From Candidatus Nanobsidianus stetteri (lineage in GTDB: Archaea; Nanobdellota; Nanobdellia; Nanobdellales; Nanobdellaceae), in NCBI GenBank assembly GCA_000387965.1, contig APJZ01000001.1, positions 1 to 32,000 of the forward strand: a stretch of DNA of 32,000 nt, given 5' to 3'. Both the position numbers and the translations under genes were made by a program. Position 1 is the stretch's first letter; each line of letters starts with the position of its first letter. Below are positions 7,774 to 16,787 of this stretch, in pieces. Under the pieces are notes generated by a model. It saw only the letters and a list, made by a program, of their open reading frames with translations, did no database searches and was not told where the DNA came from.

Positions 7774-10700
7774 TTATAAAATATTTAGCCTATAAAATAT
7801 GCTCATTTCATATATTCTTTCTACATTATCTAAACCTTCATTTGAGTCTTTTATTATTATTATGGTATCTGTATCCTTTTCTAAGGTATCTTTATATTTT
7901 CTTATTATATTTAATAGTTTTTCATCGGCATATATTTCTATATTTGCCTTCTGACCTTTTCTTAATTTGTTTTCTTTTCTTATGTCTTGCAATCTCCTTC
8001 TTATTTCCCTATATAACCATTCTTCCTCTAATTCTGGATAATATTTTGTATCAAATCCTATTTTTATAATTCCATAATTAGTCTGTGTAGTTACATAATC
8101 CTTTTCTATATTATCAATCTTTATTTCTTTTACATTTAGGTAATCTTTTAATAATTCTACGATATCTCTATTATTTAGGATTTCAAATAAAATACCTCCA
8201 TCATCTTTATATAAATATAATGTTTTTAATGGTCTTCTTATATTTATATTTATTATATTTCTTAGTTTTAATGCATTTTCAACAATTATATTAAATAATT
8301 CATATTCTTTTTCTATTTTTTCATCTATATATTGTTCTTCAACTTTTGGTAAATCTTCTAAAATTATTGATTCACCTTTCAATCCATATAAATTTCTTAA
8401 TCTTTGATAAATATATTCTGATATAAATGGAATTATAATGGATCCAACATTTATTATATTATATAATGATTTATATATTACAAATAATACTTTATCAGGT
8501 TCTCTCTTTATTCTTTCTCTTGTAGCTTTTATATAAAATCTTGATAATTCTAATATCATATCTTGTAATATTCTTCCTGCCTTCCATATCAAATAGTTAT
8601 CCAATGCATTATATATTTCCTTTTTACTTTTTTCTATGAAATGTAACATATATCTATCTTCCCATCTTAAATTTTCTACATTTATTTTTGCTGGATTTAT
8701 ATTATAATATTTAGAATATTCTTCTAAATATGTTGAAATATTTAATAATGTATTTAATACTTGATATTTAACTTTTATATCTTCCCATTTTAATTTTATA
8801 TCTTCATATGCCTCTACAATAGATCCTAAATATAATCTCATTGTATCTGCTCCATATTTATTAATTATATCATATGGAGAAACAACATTTCCCAAAGATT
8901 TTGACATTTTCCTTCCATATACATCTAAAACATATCCACCAACATATACATTTTTATATGGTATATCATTATAATATAATTCACCCATCATTGCTAAAGA
9001 ATAGAACCAACCCTTAATTTGATCATAATTTTCTGTTATGAAATCTACAGGATATGTATTTGTTGCTACTGTTGCTGAACCAGAATCTACCCATACATCT
9101 AATATATCTGGAATTCTTTTCATTTCTTCTCCACATTTTTCACATTTAAATGTAAATTTATCTACATAAGGTCTATGTAAATTATAATTATATAGATATA
9201 TTATATCATAGTCTCTTGATCCATATGTTCTTACATAATATAGATCATTTACTTGATTTAATATATCATATTTGAAGTTATTTACAATTACTATAGATTT
9301 ATCTTCATATTTATTAAATACATCATATAATTTATTTATATCATTTATTTCACTTTCATAATATATTTTATTTTCTTTAAAATATCTTGACAATAATTTT
9401 TCAGTATAATCTGTAAATTTTACTACTATTATTATTTCCTTAAATTTATATCCAGTCAATTTTTCCAATTCTTTAACATTTCTAACAAATTTTACATGTC
9501 CATTTTTATCAACCCACATTGGTATTGGAATTCCCCAATATCTTTGTCTAGATATTACCCAATCAGGTGCAGATTTTACAGTATTTATAAATGCATTTTT
9601 TGCAGCTTCTGGTATAAAATTAACATTTTCAATATCTAATAATGCTTTTGGTTTTATTGAAGATACATTAATGAATATTTGTTCTGGAGATCTAACGATT
9701 ACTCTATTTCTACATCTCCAACATATTGGATAATCGTGTTCATACCATTCAAAATATATTAAAGCTTTTTTCCTTAATACTTCTAATATAAATTTATAAT
9801 CATCCTTCTTTGCAATCCATCCTTCAAAATATTTTATATCTAAAATTGTTCCTGTCTCATCTGTTGTATTAAATGGAAGGACATTATATTTTCTAGCAAC
9901 TTCATAATCTTCAAAACCACAACCTGGAGCTGAATGAACTAAACCAGTACCTTCTTGTGTATTTACATATTCTTTTGATAGCCAAACTCTAAATACACCA
10001 CTTCTTTCTGATTTAAGTTTTTCTATATAATCCTTTAACTCATCATAGAATAAAGGTTCATATTCTTTAAATTCTAAATCTTTTCCATAAAATTCATCTA
10101 TTATTTCATATTCAATATTTAATTTACTCATTAATTTTTCTAATATATCTTTTGCAACAATCCAATATTCATAATTATTTTCTCTCTTAATATTCATTTT
10201 TATAATTTTGTGATTATTATAATCTAATTCTAATTCTTCAACATAAATATTTGGAACCTTTATTTTTACGTATTTTATTTCAGGATTTACCATAATACCC
10301 AAATTATATAATAATGTCCATGGAGTTGTTGTCCAAATTATATAATATGTATTTTCCATATCTTTTGATTTAAATTTTACATAAATTGCATTTGATATTT
10401 CTTTTTTATATAGAGGATCTTCATATCCCAAATCTATTTCTTGTTTTGATAATGATGTTTGACAATGAGGACACCACCAAACAGGTTTCTTTTCTTTATA
10501 TATTAATTTATTTTCATAACCTTTTGCCAAAGCTTCCCATACCCTTTCAATAAATTCATTTTTAATTGGTAAATATGGGTTATCTATATCTTGCCAGTGT
10601 GCCATATCTTCATAGAATTTTGTAAATTCATTCATTGATCCATATGCAAAATTAAAGCATTCTTTAATAAATTTGTCAACGCCAATTTTTTCTATTTCTC

Positions 10701-11001
10701 TTTTATCTCTAATCTTCATATTATCTTCAACCTTTACTTCAATTGGTAATCCATGCATATCAAAACCAGCCTGATTCCATACATTAAATCCTTTCTTTTG
10801 ATAATATCTTAATATAATATCTTTAATTGTTCTATTATATGCATGTCCCATATGTGGAGAACCAGTTGTATATGGCGGACCTTCTAAGAATATATATCCT
10901 TTATTTTTTTCATTCTTTAAAATCCATTTTTCATATATATAATTTTCCTTCCAGAATTTTTTTATCTCTTCTTCTATATTTCTATTCCAATTCATGTTCA
11001 T
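7774..11001 (-). CDS. ileS: Isoleucyl-tRNA synthetase
   Basis: Contains the class I HIGH-type motif PPYTTGSPHMGHAYN, KMSKS (GRKMSKSLGN), the IleRS-specific DWVISRQRYWGIPIPMW, and zinc-knuckle cysteines (WCPHCQ, ICWRC, KCEKCG). Confidence 0.92.
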   Translation of the reverse strand: MNMNWNRNIEEEIKKFWKENYIYEKWILKNEKNKGYIFLEGPPYTTGSPHMGHAYNRTIKDIILRYYQKKGFNVWNQAGFDMHGLPIEVKVEDNMKIRDKREIEKIGVDKFIKECFNFAYGSMNEFTKFYEDMAHWQDIDNPYLPIKNEFIERVWEALAKGYENKLIYKEKKPVWWCPHCQTSLSKQEIDLGYEDPLYKKEISNAIYVKFKSKDMENTYYIIWTTTPWTLLYNLGIMVNPEIKYVKIKVPNIYVEELELDYNNHKIIKMNIKRENNYEYWIVAKDILEKLMSKLNIEYEIIDEFYGKDLEFKEYEPLFYDELKDYIEKLKSERSGVFRVWLSKEYVNTQEGTGLVHSAPGCGFEDYEVARKYNVLPFNTTDETGTILDIKYFEGWIAKKDDYKFILEVLRKKALIYFEWYEHDYPICWRCRNRVIVRSPEQIFINVSSIKPKALLDIENVNFIPEAAKNAFINTVKSAPDWVISRQRYWGIPIPMWVDKNGHVKFVRNVKELEKLTGYKFKEIIIVVKFTDYTEKLLSRYFKENKIYYESEINDINKLYDVFNKYEDKSIVIVNNFKYDILNQVNDLYYVRTYGSRDYDIIYLYNYNLHRPYVDKFTFKCEKCGEEMKRIPDILDVWVDSGSATVATNTYPVDFITENYDQIKGWFYSLAMMGELYYNDIPYKNVYVGGYVLDVYGRKMSKSLGNVVSPYDIINKYGADTMRLYLGSIVEAYEDIKLKWEDIKVKYQVLNTLLNISTYLEEYSKYYNINPAKINVENLRWEDRYMLHFIEKSKKEIYNALDNYLIWKAGRILQDMILELSRFYIKATRERIKREPDKVLFVIYKSLYNIINVGSIIIPFISEYIYQRLRNLYGLKGESIILEDLPKVEEQYIDEKIEKEYELFNIIVENALKLRNIININIRRPLKTLYLYKDDGGILFEILNNRDIVELLKDYLNVKEIKIDNIEKDYVTTQTNYGIIKIGFDTKYYPELEEEWLYREIRRRLQDIRKENKLRKGQKANIEIYADEKLLNIIRKYKDTLEKDTDTIIIIKDSNEGLDNVERIYEMSIFYRLNIL

Positions 11002-11097
11002 AGATCCGATATTCTAACATAAATTTATATATTTAAAATAAGGTATATAAGATGTTTTCTTACAATAATGATTATGATAAAAATAAATAAAGTGAAT

Positions 11098-11226
11098 ATG
11101 ATAATATTTGGGGTAATAATTTTGCTGGGAATTTTAACTTATGTATTAACTCATTCAAAAACTTTATCAATAATACCATTTATAATTGGAATATTTTATT
11201 TACTTGAAAGTAATGAATCTAAATAA
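11098..11226 (+). CDS. Possible 42-aa two-TM membrane miniprotein (below the ORF-track size cutoff)
   Basis: Hand translation gives MIIFGVIILLGILTYVLTHSKTLSIIPFIIGIFYLLESNESK*. It has two hydrophobic stretches and lies in the 253-bp gap between ileS and the DsbA-like gene. I have no homology evidence. Confidence 0.3.
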   Translation: MIIFGVIILLGILTYVLTHSKTLSIIPFIIGIFYLLESNESK

Positions 11227-11254
11227 ATAAAAATCTTTTATTAAAATATCTTGA

Positions 11255-12163
11255 ATGGAAAATGAAAAAGAAAAAACTGAAGAAAATAAAGAATGGAATT
11301 TTAATCTTAATTTGGAGAAATCAATAATAATAGGATTTATAATATTGGCAATATCAATAATTTTAGGAGCTTATATTATAGCAAATTCAGTATCAAATAT
11401 AAAAGTATATGGATCGTCTAGTAGTTCTTCAAATGAATTACAAACATATTTACAAACACTACCACAGGCACCATTGCCAAATATTACAAATATAGATCCA
11501 GTATATGGAAATCCAAATAATGCAAATGTTGTTGTATATGAATTCTCAGATTATGCATGTCCATATTGTGATATATTTTATTTACAAACATTCCCACAAA
11601 TTAAGCAAAATTATATAGATAATGGAAAAATAGCATGGGTGTATGTAAATTTCCCATTATATTCAATACATCCATATGCAAACATAACATCACAATATTT
11701 AACATGTGTATATGAATTATATGGATTTAATACATGGGAAGAATTTGCAAACTGGAGCTGGTACAATCAAATGCAAAATATATCATGGGATACTTTCTCA
11801 AATCAGCAAGATGTATATAATGTATTTAATAAAGAAGCTCAAGCTTTGGGATTAAATGTTAATGAAATAGATTCATGTGTAAATAGTTCAGAATATTATA
11901 ATCAAATATATAATGAAGAAAATTATGATGCAAGTGAATATGGAATCGATGGAACTCCAACATTTATAATAGCTGTAAAGACATCATCTATTACATTCCA
12001 AACAGTTCAACAGGTTAACAATGCATTAAATCAATTAAAGCAATATGGATTAAGTCCTTCAGTATATACAACACCAGATCATAATTATATAATGTTTGAG
12101 TTTGCAGGGGCTTTACCATATAGTTTCTTTAATAATATATTACAACCTTTAGTATCTGGCTGA
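11255..12163 (+). CDS. Membrane-anchored DsbA-like thiol:disulfide oxidoreductase (thioredoxin fold)
   Basis: An N-terminal TM segment (IIIGFIILAISIILGAYIIA) is followed by a Ser-rich linker. The DsbA-family context VVVYEFSDYACPYCDIFY carries a CPYC active site, and ...GIDGTPTFII lies near the C-terminus. Confidence 0.75.
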   Translation: MENEKEKTEENKEWNFNLNLEKSIIIGFIILAISIILGAYIIANSVSNIKVYGSSSSSSNELQTYLQTLPQAPLPNITNIDPVYGNPNNANVVVYEFSDYACPYCDIFYLQTFPQIKQNYIDNGKIAWVYVNFPLYSIHPYANITSQYLTCVYELYGFNTWEEFANWSWYNQMQNISWDTFSNQQDVYNVFNKEAQALGLNVNEIDSCVNSSEYYNQIYNEENYDASEYGIDGTPTFIIAVKTSSITFQTVQQVNNALNQLKQYGLSPSVYTTPDHNYIMFEFAGALPYSFFNNILQPLVSG

Positions 12164-12198
12164 ATTATATATAAATTTTTTTATAAATATAATCTTAA

Positions 12199-13530
12199 AT
12201 GGCAAGAGAAAAACCACATATTAATTTGATAGTAGTAGGGCATGTAGATAATGGAAAATCAACATTAGTAGGAAGGCTAATGGTATCTTTGAATTTAATA
12301 GATCAGAAAGTATTAGAAGAATTAAAGAATATAGCAAAAGAACTTGGAAAGGAAACAGACTATTTAGCATTCTTAATGGATAAATCAATAGAAGAAAGAA
12401 AGAGAGGATTAACAATTGATGTAGCTGCAATTAAAATACCGGCAAAGAAATATTCATTAACAATCTTAGATGCTCCAGGTCATAGGGACTTTATAAAGAA
12501 TATGATTAGTGGTACTGCACAATCTGATGCTGCAATATTAGTAGTTTCTGCGGCACCTGGTGAAGCAGAAACAGCATTGGGTCCAGAAGGACAGGGAAGG
12601 GAGCACTTATTATTATTAAGAACATTGGGAATTCCACAAATTATTATTGCAATATCAAAGATGGATGCTGCAAATTATGATCAAAAGAGATATGAGCAAA
12701 TAAAGAATATGATATTAACATTGGCAAAACAAATTGGTTATACTGAAAAACAAATAAAAGCAATCGTCCCAATTGCTGCATATTCATCAGATGAAAATGT
12801 AACACAGAAATCACAAAAAATGCCATGGTACAATGGTCCAACAATATATGAAGCATTTGATCTATTGGATGAACCTCCAAGATTGGTAGATAAACCATTA
12901 AGAATACCAATTGGTGATGTATATAATATTAAAGGTGTAGGACTTGTACCAACTGGAAAGGTAGAATCTGGAAGATTAAAACCAGGTGATAAAGTAATAT
13001 TCTTACCATCAAAGAAACCAAATGGTGTTGTAGGCGAAGTAAAATCTATAGAAATGCATCATGAAAAATTAGATGAAGCATTACCAGGAGATAATATTGG
13101 ATTTAATGTTAAAGGACCAGAAAGCGGTGATATATTAAGGGGTGATGTATGTGGAAAATTGGGAGAACCATTACCAAAATTAGCAGAAGAATTTACTGCA
13201 AGAATTTATGTACTATATCATCCATCTGCAGTTGCTGTAGGATATACACCAGTAATACATATACATACCGCAGCAGTAGCATGTAAAATTGCAGAAATAC
13301 AATCAAAGATAGATCCAAGAACTGGACAAGAAGTTGAAAAGAATCCACAATTCTTAAAGACTGGAGATGCAGCAATTGTAAAGTTTGTACCAACAAAACC
13401 ATTAGTAGTAGAGAAATTCGAAGATTTCCCAAACACATCTTTGGGAAGATTTGCAATTAGAGATATGAATAAAACAATTGGAATTGGACAGGTATTAAGT
13501 GTAAAAGAAAAGCAAATACAAATAAAGTAA
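12199..13530 (+). CDS. tuf: Translation elongation factor 1-alpha (aEF-1A)
   Basis: GTPase motifs GHVDNGKST, DAPGHRDF and SKMD are present, with full-length similarity to the EF-1alpha/EF-Tu pattern. Confidence 0.95.
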   Translation: MAREKPHINLIVVGHVDNGKSTLVGRLMVSLNLIDQKVLEELKNIAKELGKETDYLAFLMDKSIEERKRGLTIDVAAIKIPAKKYSLTILDAPGHRDFIKNMISGTAQSDAAILVVSAAPGEAETALGPEGQGREHLLLLRTLGIPQIIIAISKMDAANYDQKRYEQIKNMILTLAKQIGYTEKQIKAIVPIAAYSSDENVTQKSQKMPWYNGPTIYEAFDLLDEPPRLVDKPLRIPIGDVYNIKGVGLVPTGKVESGRLKPGDKVIFLPSKKPNGVVGEVKSIEMHHEKLDEALPGDNIGFNVKGPESGDILRGDVCGKLGEPLPKLAEEFTARIYVLYHPSAVAVGYTPVIHIHTAAVACKIAEIQSKIDPRTGQEVEKNPQFLKTGDAAIVKFVPTKPLVVEKFEDFPNTSLGRFAIRDMNKTIGIGQVLSVKEKQIQIK

Positions 13531-13550
13531 TTTTTTTAATTTTATTTTAA
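13531..13550 (+). terminator. Oligo-T tract directly after the tuf stop (possible archaeal intrinsic terminator)
   Basis: T7 at 13531-13537 is followed by further T3-T4 runs (tttttttaattttattttaa). Oligo-T is the known archaeal termination signal, but T runs are common in this AT-rich DNA. Confidence 0.3.
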
Positions 13551-13647
13551 TTTAAATAAATCTAAAATTTTATGGGATCAAGTATTTTAAAAGCTACTAA
13601 GTTATAATTTGTTTTAGTTTGTATAACCCATAATAACTTTTTCCTTT

Positions 13648-14808
13648 CTAAATAATTTTATGTGGTAAATATAAATAGTTACTCTCAGTTTCTATTAGAT
13701 CTAGTATCCATTTCAGGTTTACAGGGTAAAATTTTGTTACATCAACACCAACATTAATTGTCTTCTTTTTAGAGTTAATGAATGGGTATTCTCTTAGTCT
13801 GTTATTATGTACATGACCATGGATTAGCCATGTATTATAAGAATTCAAATTAGTTGGATAGTGTGAGATTATGAATTTATAATTGTTTATTTGTAATTCT
13901 AATTGCTTTACTCCTATCGCTGGAGGATCATGATTGCCTTGTATAAAGATCTTTTTCCCATTTAAGGAATTAAAATATTTTTTAAAATCTCTTCTAGCAA
14001 AATCTCCTACTATATAAACTATATCGTCATTAGATATCATCTCATTCCACTTATTTTTTATATATTCGTTCATTGTAGTAACATCTACGAAAGGCCTTGC
14101 AGAATATTTAATTATATTTTTATGTCCAAAGTGTGTGTCGGCTATGAACCATATTTTATCTAAATTTTTGGGATCTACTTCTATTTTTAGGAAATTTTCT
14201 CTATATTTCTTATATGTTTTCTCTAGTTCAACTAATGATAATGCCTCTCTCCTATTGAGTATTTTCCTATTTAATACATCATACTCATAGACTATTTTAC
14301 CAGCATTTACTAGTGTTATCCTCAATACCTCAGCTTTATACAAAAAACGAGATAAAATTTGGATAATTTCTTTATTGTTTAAAATATTTTTAACAACTTT
14401 AGATGATAAATGAAAAGAAATTGCAGCATGAAACCAGAAATTCTCATTGTAGAATTTAGAGTCAGACCTTTCTATTATATAGTTTTTTAGACTTTTATAA
14501 AGATCTTCTCTAAATTGAAAAAGTTCATTATTAGGTCTTATACCTAAAGCTATTGTATATCCTTTTTTTCCTTTTTTTATCTCATATTTATAATAATAAA
14601 ATTCTAAATTGCTATATTTATTAGATACTTCTTTAATAACTTCCATTATTTTAAGAGGAGCTACTAATGGTCGGAAATTATATATGAGAGTAATATGAGG
14701 TACTCTATGTACTTTCAAATGACTTAAATATCTAACCTTTCTCATTATTTGTTTTAATTTATATTTCTCTAGAATTGGTCTTATTTCTATGATATAACTA
14801 TTTCTCAT
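13648..14808 (-). CDS. Two-domain phosphoesterase: N-terminal 2H (LigT/2'-5' RNA ligase-like) domain fused to a C-terminal COG4186-type metallophosphoesterase
   Basis: The N-terminal half has a canonical H-x-T-x motif (PHITLIY) and a second, degenerate one (FHAAISF). The C-terminal half has the calcineurin-fold set FIADTHFGHKNII...RPF, VGDF, GNHD and HGHVH. Confidence 0.65.
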   Translation of the reverse strand: MRNSYIIEIRPILEKYKLKQIMRKVRYLSHLKVHRVPHITLIYNFRPLVAPLKIMEVIKEVSNKYSNLEFYYYKYEIKKGKKGYTIALGIRPNNELFQFREDLYKSLKNYIIERSDSKFYNENFWFHAAISFHLSSKVVKNILNNKEIIQILSRFLYKAEVLRITLVNAGKIVYEYDVLNRKILNRREALSLVELEKTYKKYRENFLKIEVDPKNLDKIWFIADTHFGHKNIIKYSARPFVDVTTMNEYIKNKWNEMISNDDIVYIVGDFARRDFKKYFNSLNGKKIFIQGNHDPPAIGVKQLELQINNYKFIISHYPTNLNSYNTWLIHGHVHNNRLREYPFINSKKKTINVGVDVTKFYPVNLKWILDLIETESNYLYLPHKII

Positions 14809-15049
14809 TATATTTTTATATTTCTCTTATTATTAAAAAGGAGTATTCTCATGCATTCATATCAATATTGAATAGTAAAATTATATTATATCCTTTGCTA
14901 ATAATTTAGCAGCAATTGTAAGTTCTATAAATATCTCTATAAATTCAAGCCAGAAAATAATTAGTGTATGTTCTTAGATAATAACTTATAAGCTTAAACT
15001 TAGCTATTAACAATTAATTAAATTAGAGAGAGGGAAATTTGATAAAAGT

Positions 15050-16486
15050 CTATTGATTATTACTTTGATCTACCTGTAATAATTGCTTCCTATCTTCTTT
15101 ACCTCTCAATGCGGATAAAACGAGTGCAATAGATAATATTCCTAAAGATACATAGAGAGCAGACTTTAAACCAGTTAAGAAAGAACTGGCCACACCACCT
15201 ATTAAATTTGTAGTTCCTAGGAATACTTCAAATGCAACATATCTAGGAACAGTCACGGAGGATACACTTATTGTTATAACGTAACTTAAAAGAGTCCCTA
15301 TATTTGATAAAGTTCTGGATAAGCCAGAAGCACCGCCGTAAAATCCTCTGGGTGCATTAGCCATTATAGCGCTATTATTAGCTGGGAAGAATAGAGAAGA
15401 ACCTAAACCACCTATTGTTGAAGCGATTATAATAACATATAAAGGAGTATTGATTGAAAGTTGTAAATATATGAAAATAGCTAAGATCATTAAAGCCAAT
15501 CCAATTGTAGCAGGTATTCTAGCACCTATCTTGTCTGATAATCTTCCAGTAAATGGTGAAACTAAACTGGCTAAAACGTAACCTGGAACTAATAGTAAGG
15601 ATGCATTGAAAGGCGATAAACCTCTAATACCTTGAAGATACATTATTATAATAAATGCTGTAGATAAATAACCCGTTGTTTGAAGAAATGATGCGAATAG
15701 AGAATAAGTAAATACCCTATTCGCTTTAAAAGCTTTCAAATCTATTATAGGAAATTGCTGTCTCCTTTCAATCAATATAAATCCTAATAATATAATTAAA
15801 CCGGCAGAAATTAAGTAGATGTTTAGTAAACTCATACCTTCTCCTGCAATGTCAGCAGCTCCATAAGATATTAAAGATAGTGAAGCCAATAAACTTAGCA
15901 TACCTATAATATCTAGTTTAGTATTTCTTCTTTCTCGATCTTTTATATACTTTAATCCCAATATTATAGCAATGATTCCTATTGGAACATTAATATAAAA
16001 TATATATCTCCAGCCCAGGAAAGTTGTTATAAACCCTCCCAAAACTATTCCCAAAGTAGCTCCAGCATTCCAACCTATTGAATTATATCCATAAGCTTTA
16101 CCCCTTTGATTTGGGGGAAATATATCAGCAATTATAGCCCCAGAATTAGCTTGCATCATCGCAGCCCCCAACCCTTGAATTCCCCTAAATGCTATTAAGG
16201 AAATTGCATTAGGAGCTGCACCACAGAGAATTGAACCTATTGTAAATATTACAAATCCTAAATTATAAAAGCGAGATCTACCATAAATATCACCTAATCT
16301 ACCTAATTGAGTTGTAAAGACGGCTATAACTAGAAGGTAAGTTATGATAACCCAAATAATTATGTAAAGGTTAGTATGTAAGTCTTGAGCAATAGATGGA
16401 ATTGCTAAGATTACAATAGTTGCATCTACAGCAGACATTAAAGTTCCTAAAATAACGACCAGCAATGCTAAGTTATTCGAATTCAT
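15050..16486 (-). CDS. MFS transporter, DHA2 (EmrB/QacA-like, about 14 TM) drug:H+ antiporter family
   Basis: The protein is hydrophobic throughout. It carries the MFS loop motif [12 protein letters not shown] and the antiporter motif region [21 protein letters not shown]. Its 478-aa length fits the 14-TM subfamily. A sampled line is 43 % G+C. Confidence 0.85.
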   Translation of the reverse strand: MNSNNLALLVVILGTLMSAVDATIVILAIPSIAQDLHTNLYIIIWVIITYLLVIAVFTTQLGRLGDIYGRSRFYNLGFVIFTIGSILCGAAPNAISLIAFRGIQGLGAAMMQANSGAIIADIFPPNQRGKAYGYNSIGWNAGATLGIVLGGFITTFLGWRYIFYINVPIGIIAIILGLKYIKDRERRNTKLDIIGMLSLLASLSLISYGAADIAGEGMSLLNIYLISAGLIILLGFILIERRQQFPIIDLKAFKANRVFTYSLFASFLQTTGYLSTAFIIIMYLQGIRGLSPFNASLLLVPGYVLASLVSPFTGRLSDKIGARIPATIGLALMILAIFIYLQLSINTPLYVIIIASTIGGLGSSLFFPANNSAIMANAPRGFYGGASGLSRTLSNIGTLLSYVITISVSSVTVPRYVAFEVFLGTTNLIGGVASSFLTGLKSALYVSLGILSIALVLSALRGKEDRKQLLQVDQSNNQ

Positions 16487-16629
16487 AATTAATTGTTAAA
16501 TAATTAACTATTTATTTTTTTCGGAGTGTTCTCAATGCAGTTATATCTCTTAAGTATCATTCGGGAAGTTTATCCTTTGAATAAATTATTGGATATATAG
16601 AATAAAGAATTCTTTCAATTAAACTATTA

Positions 16630-16719
16630 ATGGGCCCGAGGGGACTCGAACCCCTGACCTCCGGCTTTCTTAGGAGCGTAGCCTTATAAGGCCGGCGCTC
16701 CACCTCTGAGCTACGGGCC
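16630..16719 (-). tRNA. tRNA-Ile (anticodon UAU) with an 18-nt canonical intron (plus-strand 16666-16683)
   Basis: Hand-folded cloverleaf: acceptor GGGCCCG/CGGGCCC, D arm GCUC-AGAGGUG-GAGC, anticodon stem CCGGC/GCCGG, loop CUUAUA|A (anticodon at 16685-16687), T arm AGGGG-UUCGAGU-CCCCU, discriminator A. The intron AGGCUACGCUCCUAAGAA sits after position 37. CUUA/UAAG forms a 4-bp helix flanked by two 3-nt bulges (bulge-helix-bulge). No CCA is encoded. Confidence 0.85.
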
Positions 16720-16787
16720 CCTATACATACTTTCACTTATTAATTTTTTATATTTTTTCTTATATACATTTTTTGTAATATAAATAT
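16720..16787. promoter_or_regulatory. 68-bp divergent promoter spacer between tRNA-Ile (-) and mcm (+)
   Basis: Both genes must initiate within this spacer. A/T-rich TATA-like runs lie about 25-35 nt upstream of the tRNA 5' end (taattttttatatttttt, 16741-16758) and about 20-30 nt upstream of the mcm ATG (tatatacatttttt). These cannot be told apart from background AT-richness by eye. Confidence 0.3.

Noticed and set aside
13531-13700. Search for an attachment-site repeat of the tRNA-Ile 3' half at the far edge of island 2.
   Set aside because: No match to gggcccgaggggactcgaacc or a sub-string of 10 nt or longer was seen by eye. Only a weak 7-bp inverted pair is present (ttatggg … cccataa). 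I therefore make no mobile-element call.
14893-14916. Small hairpin tgctaa-taat-ttagca in the spacer between the phosphoesterase and MFS genes.
   Set aside because: A 6-bp AT-rich stem is within chance expectation, and nothing else supports a function.
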